From NCBI GenBank assembly GCA_003971905.1, contig RSEE01000122.1, forward strand, positions 1 to 64,000: a stretch of 64,000 nucleotides of DNA. Reading direction: 5' to 3'. This DNA is from Moniliella sp. 'wahieum'. Taxonomy: Eukaryota. Made by a program: the position numbers and the translations under genes. Below are positions 27,713 through 38,359 of this stretch, piece by piece (position 1 is the stretch's first letter; each line of letters opens with the position of its first letter). The notes below the pieces were generated by a model, which did no database searches, was not told the DNA's origin, and saw only the letters and a list, made by a program, of their open reading frames with translations.

Positions 27713-29067
27713 AGGCGAGAGAGAGAAGGCCCGTGGGCATCTCCCAGGCGCCTGTCATAGCTACCACCAGTTCTCATGCATGTAGAACGGAAGGATTAGT
27801 GATCAATGATTCAAGAGCTACCCACACCGGTGCACCGTGTACTCATGCAACAGACGAACCAACATACAAACCCGAAAGTGGATGCCACGGCCGAGCACAT
27901 GTCCAGCGCGATCAGCTGAGCGCATTGAGCGCATTGAGCTCAGCCTGAGCGCTCTCAGGTTGTGGGCACAGCACAGAACGTAGAACGCTCATCGATCATC
28001 TCAGGCACTGCGCGCAATGCGAAACGATGTGGTGTATGGAAAGAAAGCTGCTGAGTGAGTGCAGCGCACTATAACCACCCGATGATTACTAACGTTAATG
28101 TGGGGCTCGCAGGTTCACTGAGAGTACCGAGGCACAGTCGAGAGGGCGCCGGGTAGCCAAGTACAAACCGCCAAACGAAAAAGGGGGACGCAATAAAGGG
28201 AACACATGGCGGAGCGTATAGTAAGTGTGGCGCCCACGATCCAAGTGGGTCTCGCGTGTGCAAATTTACTACCAACATCACATCCGTGGAAATGCCTTCT
28301 GAGCTTGTGAACGAGAAACCCTCAGTACTCAGGGGCGAAGATGAGAGGCGATGAGAGGCGATGAGAGGCGATGATGAGGTCCTCAGATCAGATCAGCGTG
28401 GTCAGCGTATATGGCCAGCACCTATATTAAGTCGTGGGAGTCTGGACATTTTGAGGCCTTCTAAGGCTCCCCCTTCGCGCTTCTCTTGGTCTCCTAAGGC
28501 CTCCCCAGGATTTTATCGGTTTCTTTTCGGCTTCCTCGCGCCACATCAACTTTTAAGCTGATGAGAGGGCCTCAACCATCTCATCTCACCCGTATCCCAG
28601 TCCTTTCAGAGGGCCCCAGATGATCTTCGACGATCTCTTTCAATGGTGCCCACTAAATGCTCTTTTCCGGGTCAGGCATGCAGACCAGGCTCACGGAGGG
28701 CACACCTCCCACTCCGGCCCACTGCTTCGACCGCGCGTCCGTCGTAGTCGCATGCAACGACGATTATATTCTGTCAGTAAGTACGTGCGCGCACGTCTGT
28801 ATCCAAACACGCAGACGCACGAAAAATATATATCCCTCCCTAGTAATACCTTTTCTTCTAATACACACCCCGCATGTGAGTCATTCATCCTTGCCTGCTC
28901 CAGACGGAGGGCGTTATATCGGCTTGGGGTCTGGGACCCTGCTGGTGTCGGAGGAATGGGGAGGATCGAGTTGGGAGGGGCATTGTGGACGCTGGAAAGA
29001 AGAGCTGATGGAGTGAAGTACTGAAGCTTGGAGCAGGCAAAAGAGTCGTTTGGGTAGAGGGGAGAGA

Positions 29068-30500
29068 TGAGACATGATGCATGATGCATGAGCGCATGAG
29101 CTGCTGCCAGAAATCAGGTTTCGATTACCTAAGAAACACGTTAGTTGCTCATTGCTAGTTTATCAAGCTGCTAGTTGGGTGTCTGAACGTCTGAACAAAG
29201 TCGCCGTTTCCATGTCACATGCATGTCACAAGTTGCATGCTGCCACACAAGTCACAAGTCACCGTCTGTCACAGGCATCACTGTGACTAGCGAGAATGAC
29301 TGTAGTGACTTGGCCGGGGACCGGTGACCGGTGCCGGGGACGCGTCACGCGTCACGCAACACCACAGTGTCCCGTCGCAAATAATAAGCTTTCCCACTCA
29401 TTATAGAAACAGGAACAGGTCACCAGGTCACTAGCTTCACTAGTTATTGTGAAGATCACCGGTCACTAGGTAACTGGTCACCGGTCACCGGCCACTGTTA
29501 GTAATTAGTAACTAGTAATACTAGCACTGGGTACGTACTCAGTAGAAAGGCTACCGGCTACCGGTTACCGGTTACCGGCAACTAGTCACTAGCTAGTCAG
29601 TCACTCGCTTAGCGCAGCGCTGGCGCTGAACCTCGTTGCTGAGGCTGACCGGTGACCGGTGACCTTACCAGACAGGGATGAAATCTGAGATCTGGGAGAT
29701 GGGCTATGGAGCGGTGCAGAAGGGTGCCCCGACCGCCGAACCCCAGCCTGTCGTGGAAAACGCACGGAAGGTACTTACTTGGCGTGCAATCTATATACGC
29801 AGGTGTTTTATTACTCGCCTGGCCTGAGATCAGAACGTGTGAACGTGTGAACGTTGTGAACGCACAGATTGAATATTGAATGTTCAACGTGTTCAACGTT
29901 CAACGTTCAATAACATCTTTCACATTAGACCTGCAAACGTAAGCAAGCCCCTGTAGGCTGTACCATTAACCATTGTTGAGCCTGAGGGACCAGGCTGCCC
30001 CCAGGCTGCCCGCTGGCCAATGCTTGTTTGGATGCCAGGGGCGAGCGAGCGAGGTGGTAGGGTTTGCTGGGGCCTTGTGTCCCTCCAGCCTGGGGCCGCA
30101 CGTAGGCCTCGGCCAGCGGTTCGCCCTGGCGTGCTGCATGCGTTGCCACGTATCCTGAACGATGATCGGTGATCATGCATCTTGGCACACAGCACACTAG
30201 TCACTAGTCACGCGTCACGCGTCACTCATCCTGCGGTCGGATCTCAGATCTCAGACAGCCCTCGGCAGGCACTAGGCGTACGACTGGCATACTGGCCGCG
30301 GGCTACGTACGGTTCGAACAGGCCTGGGGCCTGGGGCCTGGCTGCCCTGTCTTCTGGCCCTACGCGGGGCGGAAGCGCAGCGGTGCTTCCTTGGTCCAGT
30401 ACTGTGGTGCGCGTGCCGGCCCTCCAGAGCGCCCGGCGGGCGCAGTGTCGCCAGGCTGGCGTCATGTAGTCATGCATCATGCAGTCATGCAGTCATGCAT
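29068..30500. repeat. Dense cluster of TNA + 4-bp-palindrome heptamer arrays
   Basis: Examples: TGA-TGCA (29075), TCA-CCGG/CTAG (29456), YTA-CCGG x4 (29551), TGA-CCGG (29646), TCA-ACGT (~29890), TCA-CTAG/CGCG (30201), TCA-GATC (30244). Confidence 0.85.
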
Positions 30501-31323
30501 GCACCAAGCACCCTGCACGATGCACCATGCTGCATCGCCGCCAGACTGCCCGGTTGCGGGGGCGGGCACACGGCGACCAGCAGCCACCGCCGCGGGCACC
30601 ATGCGGGAGCCGGGGTGCTGTGGGTGCTGGCCGCGGTGTGTCGCACCCACACGCGCACCGCACCAGGCAGATGCGCCCGCGCTGCACCCTGGCCTGCCGG
30701 CGTGCTGGCACAGTGGCCGGCTGCGGCGCCGCCACGCGCTGCACCAGGCGGCTGATGCGCTGATGCGAGCGGCTGGAATAGGATGCGTGATGGGAGTAAG
30801 TCACCACTTTACCGGCCGTCGGTGCTCACCGCCGCACTCACCCATACGTGTCACCCATCCCGTCTCAGCTCCCGCAGCACACGCACAGTCACCCGTCCCA
30901 TCCAGCCCGCACTACACAGGCCCAACCAGCCAGCCAGCCAAGCCCACGGCACACGCTCCCTCGCCCTGCCCTGCGCTGGGCACGCCAGTCGCAGCCACCA
31001 CCACCACCTCCACCACCGCCACCGCCACCGCCACCGCCTCCTCTCAGCCCCTCCAGCCTCTCCACCCTCTCCGCGCCCATCCACCGCCCCCTCCCTCCCC
31101 CCCCTGCGCACTAGCAGCCGGCCGCTCATTTATACACGAAGCGCTTGCTGCTCCTCGCCACCCCTCCCCCCGCCCCCTCCCCTCCTGCCCTCCCGCCAGC
31201 GATGCCCGACACTGGCACCCACACAGCCACCCTTGTCGCTTCCTGTGTCGCCACCACCGCTGCTGCTGCTGCCTCTGCATCCCGTCTCCCTCCGCCCGTC
31301 TCCACCGTTGTGCGCCTCCCGCT

Positions 31324-33770
31324 ATGAACACCAGCCCTCCTCGTGCTGGCGCAGCTGCCGCCTCCTCCGGTGCGTCCAACAGCCCCCGAACCCCAACGCT
31401 TCCAGCCTCAACCCCTCTGCCTCCTTCTCCGCCCCCTTTGGTCCCTGGCCCCCCCAGCCCTGGTCCTCTGCCGATCCCTCCACCGTGGGCCCAAGCCCCC
31501 CCCCCGCCTCCTTCCGTCCTGCACCAGTCTCCGTCCCCCCTGCCGGCGCGCCTGGCATGTGGGACATCCGCTCTTGGTCCGACACGTTCCCGTCTGCCTC
31601 GGCTGCCCCTCCCTCGCGCCCTGTTCCTCGCCCCGAAGCAACCAGCCCAGACGCCATGCACGGTCTACTGCCCACCCCACAACAGTCCTCCGTCAACCCC
31701 CACCTACCTCTCCTCCCTTCTCTCTGCGCCGTATGATCCCTCGCCCAACGTAACCGACCCTTCCCTCCTCCCCGATCCGGGACAGACCCCGCCGCTGCAG
31801 CGCCACATGTCCATGGCCAGCACGGCTCAAACTTCCAAACCCACCTCTCGCTCTGGCGAGTTTCTCCTTGACCCCTCCTACCTCCCCTACCAGCGGCCCT
31901 TTTCCTTCCCAAAAGCCCCCGCCCCCATCTATGGGATCCTTCACCTTCGACACATCTGCCTTTGGTCCAGCTGGCTTTGGCGCCTTCCCTCCTCCCCCTC
32001 AGCCTGCTGCCGCGTCCCAAACGTCGTCGTCGCAATGGCCGCCACCGCAAGCGCAGGTGCCAACAATGGGCCAATCTCGATGGCCGATTTGCCGACGGGG
32101 ATGCAGGGTCGCTTGCGCTCGGTTCTGGGCCCCTCTCATCGTCGCGGCACACTGGGCGCTATGCCACAGTGGTCCAAGCCTGCTTCCGACGGGTTTGACC
32201 CTTCGATCGGCCGGCTTGCCGAGTACCCCTCGGCGCCCCTTTGGCCCGGCTCTCCCTCACAGCCGTCGGTGCCAGCGAACGAGTCGGATTCAACGTCGCG
32301 AACGCCTTCCTTCCAAATCACCGCCTCGGGTGGCGTAGTCAAGGGCGCAACGTTCCTCTCTCGCAACGTGCTTCCTCCCTCGGCGTTGGGCGGGCACGCG
32401 GCTTCCCATCCTCCTGGCTTGGGCGCCCGCGTCCTTCGTCCCGATTCGGCTATGGGCAGTGGAATCAGTATGGCGGCCTGCATGGCCGTACCGAGTTGCA
32501 GTCCATGGCGTATGGCGGCGCGGCAACGGCCGCTGCCGCGACGGAATTTACTAAACGCAAAGGATGGCCGCTGCGCGTGGTAGAGGAGTTGATTGATTTT
32601 GTTCATGTTCTCGATCCTAAGGGTACCATCCTCTTTGCCTCGCCTAGCATTGTCGACTTGACCGGGTGGAAGCCCGAGGAAGTCAAAGGTCAAAAGTTGG
32701 TCGATGTACGTGCCTGTCCCTTTCATCTTACCGTGTCTCCCCTTGTACCGTATTACGTGAGGAGCAGAGTGGCTGATCGTTTCTTCTTTTTTTTCTTTTT
32801 GCTTGCTCTTTGACGTAGTTTGTCCATCCTGATGACGTGCAAGCGGTGCGAGAGCATCTCGACCCCGCCATCCAAGTGCCGGGGGCGGATGATTATGTAC
32901 ATGCGGTTCCGGTGCAAGCCCGAGAAGAGCAAGAAAGCTGGGCGAGAGGGGGATACGTCTTCCGTCGGCGATTCCTCTTCTACACCTTCCTCTACCAGCG
33001 AGGCGGGAAAACGGGGCAACAAGCGGAGACCGCGGGCCTGACTCAGGTCGGCCGCGTCATGGCCAACAATGTGCCTTATGTGGTGTTTGAGTTTACGGGT
33101 CATCCTTACTTTCCTCCTGCTGAGTTTGCTCAGTTGGCCAAGGAGCGTGCGCAGCGGCATGCGGCCAAGAAGAACGCGTCTCCGCGTACGGCCAAAGCGG
33201 CCTCGCTGCCGCTAACCCTTCCATCGAGAACACAAGCACCAGACGGCAATGAGAATGACAACCCTGAAGAGAATGCGTTGCAATGTTTCTTTTGTTCCTC
33301 TCGTGTCCATCCCACGCCCAACATTTCCATCCTCGACTCGTTCCTGGAGCTCAAGGTGGAAAATGAACGGTTGCGGTTGATGCTGCAGAAACTGAATATG
33401 GAGGAAGAGGCTGAGCTGCCTTCGTCCAACGCTGCTGCTCGATCGCCTCGTCTGCCCACGCGAACCGACGCGAGCGAGGAAGACCATAAGAACAAGAAGA
33501 AGAAATCACGCCCGACGAAGGCGACCACGTCTGTGCCGATTGTGGTCGGGTGGACTCGCCCGAGTGGCGCAAAGGTCCCCTCGGACCCAAACGCTGTGCA
33601 ACGCATGCGGATTGCGCTGGGCCAAACGCATCAAACGCCATGGCGGCGATCCCAACGCTGCCGCCATCGCTTTTCATCAACAAGCTTCCGCCGCAGCACA
33701 ACAAGCCGCTGCAGCTCCCACCGCTACTCCTTCCTTCCCCTCCAACCCGGGTATGGGCTTCCACCCCTAA
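31324..33770 (+). CDS. wc-2: White collar-2-like PAS + GATA zinc-finger transcription factor; intron ~32706-32818; frameshifted
   Basis: EFTKRKGWPLRVVEELIDFVHVL..ILFASPS..LTGWKPEE|FVHPDD (PAS); LDSFLELKVENERLR (coiled coil); CADCGRVDSPEWRKGPLGP.TLCNACGLRWAK (GATA finger). Confidence 0.9.
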
Positions 33771-35628
33771 CCGGCCTGCCCCCCTTCCCTGTCCTGTTTC
33801 CCCCCCTCGTTTCCCCCGTTTTCCTCGTTTCCTCGTTTCCCTCGCTTTCATCGTTTCCCTCGTTTCCCTGCTCGCCCGACCCTATCTATCTGCGGCCACG
33901 CATTCGCTCCCTTCCCTCCGTGCTCTTTTTTTCTTCCCCTTTCCCCTCACCTCGCTCCCTGTCCACCCCCCTCCCCCGCGCCCCGCTGTCTGCCCCCCCC
34001 CCCCCCCCCCCGTCACTTTGACTGTTTCCCCTCGCGCTTGCTACGGTATGAGAGGCGGCGCTGTCCTGCCTCACCCCCCTCGCCCTTCACCCTCGTCTTT
34101 CACCCTCGTCTTTCACCCCTCCACTTACCTCTGAACTCTCGTCTCCCGCCAACGTCTCCAATCCGTATACTTGTACCGACCCCTGGCACTGGCAATGGCA
34201 CTGATACTGAGTACCGAGTAATACTGAAACTGAACACTGAGCGCACTGAGATCTGAGAGCACTTCACTGAACTCTGGACCCTGAACCCTGAGGCCTGAGG
34301 TTAGTCTAAGCCCTGAACCTTGAGCCCTACTCCACTCCCTCTCCTTGTCCGGGTAGGGGTAGTGATGCACGAGGATCGATGAGCGCTCAGGCGCTCAGGG
34401 CTCATGCCTGCCTCAGGGCTCAGGCTGAGCAGCGAAAGGCAGGGCAAGGCAGGGTCGGGTCTGGTCTGTGATAGATGATAGAAGACGGATGATTCGATGA
34501 TAGAAGATGGGAGATAGAAGATCATTAGGAGAGGCTACAACGCCCTCCCCCGCTGCACAGATAGTGCCCCCGCACTGCACCTTGAAGTCTCCCATTTTGT
34601 TCCCTTTGGGGGGGCATTGCGGTTTGCAGAGAGGGATACGGAGATGCGTACTTCATGAAGATAAAGACCGGCCTGAAGCTGCTGAAGCGTCAAGCGTAAG
34701 GCCTGAGATGGAAAGGAAACTAACTGCGTAAGAGTTCTGAGCCTGAGCGCTGAGCCCACTCTGACGTGCACCTCGTTTGTTCATGCATCGTGCAGCAGTG
34801 CATTGAACATCGAACGTTGACTTGCCGGGGGGCGATGTATGAGTTATGAATCATTGGCCCGGCACGGGCCCGTCTCTATTCTCCCCTGACATATGTGCAT
34901 GACGAGGGCCCTTGGGAGGTATATATATGGCTCCCTGGGTCGATCGCGTCGCGATCTTGCCCGAGTCAATATAGTCACTATATATGGTCACTAGTAATTA
35001 GTCACTAGGTACGGGCCCTCGCAGCAACGTCCGAAACCTTCGATCGCGGATCTCGCGGGAGGATCCGACTAGGTGCCGCAGAGTGACTAAGTATAGTAGT
35101 GACTATAATACCTTGAACCTTGGGGTGCCGTTTGGCGTACATATTGAGCAACCACGGCTTTTCACGCCACGGTTGGAGGTGTGGCCTGCGTCTGTCAGAT
35201 GTAGAGGCGAACGGTAGGACTCTAGGATCTATAAGGTCGAACCGGGTCTAAGATCTAAGATCTAGCCCCACCTCAGGCCTTTATTACCCCCGCATATCTA
35301 CATTTTTCGACAGATGAGGTCCCGAGACATCTCTCAGAAAGTCATCGATCTCATCGATCACATCTGGGGCCCACGAGATGCTTTACTTAATGACAAAAAA
35401 GCTATTCAAGTATTCCAGCTTCAAGAAAGAGATATGCTTCAAGTTCTGGAGATCAGATGATTAAGATGTTTGAAAAAGGGGCGGTGATTGGTGAGCAAAG
35501 AAAGTATCAGCTAGTAGTAGAGGAGAGGAAGAGGAGAGAGGAGGCCCGGGGAAAGAACGGGGGCTAGCAAGGGTGAAAATATGAATAGTGAGTCATTTGG
35601 TGAAGCGCGAAAAAGCTTGGCGCTTGAA

Positions 35629-35710
35629 AAGAGAAGAGAAGAGAAGAGAAGAAGAGAAGAGAAGAGAAGAGAAGAGAAGAGAAGAGAGAGAAGAGAAGAA
35701 AGAGAAGAGA
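35629..35710. repeat. Polypurine microsatellite, approximately (GAGAA)n
   Basis: Read directly; imperfect pentamer run of about 80 bp. Confidence 0.9.
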
Positions 35711-37178
35711 CAAGTCGGAACATCACACAAAGGAAGCTACGAGAAGGAGAGTTCCTTAAGCTATTCAGTCCGTCGCCCTTGTGAACCTCGAAGGAACCAT
35801 AGTTGGGTGCCAAAAGCGTCAGTGGCTGAGAAATCTCTGTTGTGACAATGATAGCATTCGCCTAGCTATAGTGCCTTTTTGGAGGGAATAACACTACAGA
35901 GAGCCAATAAAGCGTCCCGTTCAGCCCGACGCGGAGCGGGCAACCTTCTGATTCTTCCCCCGCCACACCGCTTTTCTCTGATCTGCTCGAGTTACTTGTG
36001 CCTTCTATTTGCCAACGCCACGGTTCTCGTTCCACTCGTAACCTCATCCCCGCTCCTGCTATCGTCGATTACTGGTGATTAGCTCGATTAGTCTTCTATC
36101 CCAGAGACTCTCTGGGCACCACAAAGAGTGTCCTGTGTTGTCGCCCTGGATTGCACCCACAACGACGGTGCAAAACACTGCCCCGCATATATATATAGAG
36201 TTGTGGGTTGTAGTGCCCTTTCGGCACACACTGACCGAAGATTAGGGTCCCGAAAATTTATCAGTCCAGTATGGCATATGATCAGGCCGTGGTGAATGTT
36301 AGAATGGGATTATGGCCACAGTTCCTTGAAGGATAAGGTTATGGTCGAGCTGGATAAGATGAAGGCGAAAAAGACGTGACAAATTGACGGGGGCATATAA
36401 TTGTCCTCTCGCCCATTTTTTTGATGGGGAAACGTTATAGCTAGATGCTTGTATATTCAGTGGGGAAGGAGAATATATTACGGAATGATTAATTAACTTA
36501 CCGAAAGATGTCTTCCTTCGAGTAGGAAAGCTGATCCTTCTCATGACATACATAGTATATCTACTACGAGAGGCTCATATATTCGCATCCTTTCCCGCAT
36601 TATTGCATTTGTTGGTTTGGCAACGAGAGAGTAGATGGTCTCGCGTGAACGCGTGAACGTACCGTCAACGAACATCACGAAGGGTCCTGGCTTGCTGGCG
36701 CCCATTTTTCTCCTATTGGGTGGTGACGATCCGACATCAAAGTTCGGACGAGCAAGAGCCTCTTTGTTGGGATATAGGCAGTACTACCCCTCGAGTTAGA
36801 TCAGCTTACTTTTTGGTCTCTCTTGGTGGATCTGCGTCACCAGCTCGCGGGTGGCAGCAATGATCGATGGTAAAGCTCCAAAAACGTGCTTAGGGCAGCT
36901 CTGAGCCGGAAGCGCTAATATATCTAAGGAAACATTGCCTAGGTTGTGGAGTTTATAGACACGTCTCTAGCACAGGAGAGACCAAGTATATTGATCTTCT
37001 CAAGGCTCCCATTTGAGGCGCCTCCTAATTCCGCCCGCTGGGCGGCAGGGCTAAACATTGCACCGATCCAGTCCTAGCACGACCACAAAACAATTTCCTG
37101 CTTGAATTGTCGGAATTGTCGAGGCATTTTCTGCCGTTCTTCTGACCTGGTAGACTGCCACCACTCCGACTGCCCATC

Positions 37179-38098
37179 ATGCCCGCCAAGCCCACGCCAA
37201 CGACATTGTCCTCACCCTTGCCTGCCCCGACCGCAACGGGATCGTGTTTGCCGTCACCGGTTTCCTTGCCCACCGTGGCTTCAATATTATTCAGTCCGAC
37301 CAGTTTGGCGACCCCACCACCACCGTTTCTTCATGCGTGTCCACGCCGCCGGTCTCGACGCCGCCAAGGATGCCGCTGCTCCTGCCGAGGAGGACGACGC
37401 AGCACGCGAAGCACGTTGAAACTCTTCGCGCTCAATTTCCTCTGAGCTCGCCACTGAGTACGCCATGGACTTCCACATTCACCGCGCTGATGCTCGTCCC
37501 CGGACGCTCATCATGGTCAGCAAGATTGGCCACTGCCTCAACGACCTCTCTTCCGTCACAGCACTGGCACCCTCCCAATTGAAATTCCGTTGATTGTTTC
37601 CAACCACACCACGTATCAATCGTTGGCCGAACGGCATGGGATCCCCTTCTACCACTTGCCCATCGACGCCGCCGCTGGCAAGACCAAGGAGTGGCAGGAA
37701 GAGCAGCTGATGCAGCTCGTTAAGCAGTACAATGTTGAACTTGTTGTTCTCGCCCGGTACATGCAGATCCTCAGTGACAAGCTCTGTTTCCGCTCTGTCG
37801 GGCCAAATTATCAACATTCACCACTCTTCCTGCCCTCGTTCAAGGGCGCCAAACCTTACCACCAGGCCTACGAACGCGGGGTCAAGATCATTGGTGCTAC
37901 CGCCCACCTCGTCACTGCCGATCTCGATGAAGGTCCAATTATTGAGCAGGATGTGGAGCGCGTCACTCACGCCGATTCCCCGCCACCTTGGTTCAAATCG
38001 GCGCCGACATTGAGGCCCGCGTACTCAGCCGTGCTGTGCGCTGGATGGCTGAGCACCGCATCCTGCCCAATGGACCCAAGACGGTTGTCTTTGTTTAA
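37179..38098 (+). CDS. purU: Formyltetrahydrofolate deformylase (ACT + formyltransferase domains); apparently intronless, frameshifted
   Basis: GIVFAVTGFLAHRGFNIIQSDQF, LIMVSKIGHCLNDL, IVSNH, VVLARYMQILS, INIHHS.LPSFKGAKPYHQAYERGVKIIGATAH, DLDEGPIIEQDV, ending KTVVFV then stop. Confidence 0.92.
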
Positions 38099-38359
38099 AC
38101 AACCCTTTCCGGCCTCTTTTCCCTAGAACGCGCCTCCCCCCCACCCACCCACCAGTTCACCCCTCATCTTCTAGTGCGTTCAGCATATTGTATTCTGTCC
38201 TGTACCCATCAGGATCACTGCATACATCCCAACCTATTCGTCTACGTCGTTGCAGCTAGTAGTTGTATGGAATAAAAGTCATAATGACAACCCTTGTGGC
38301 TGGTTGACATGGTTACTTTGCCCAGTGTCGAGGTCAAAGTGCCAGTTCAGAGTTGTGGT

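Noticed and set aside
29068..30500. CRISPR-like array or telomeric/satellite repeat
   Set aside because: No constant 25-45 bp repeat with unique spacers, no cas genes, eukaryotic context, and no single homogeneous unit.
24470..31320. Transposon, tRNA or rRNA in the gene desert
   Set aside because: No transposase or RT motifs, LTRs, TIRs or cloverleaf recognised by eye; a covariance-model or repeat search could still find something.
30391..31323. 5' part of the 730-aa ORF 30391-32583 as an N-terminal extension of WC-2
   Set aside because: Non-ATG start, runs through heptamer and C-rich leader sequence; ATG 31324 is the more plausible start.
36290..36640. AT-rich stretch readable as ~110 codons with two in-frame stops (possible gene or transposon relic)
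   Set aside because: No recognisable motif, and the stop density is compatible with chance.
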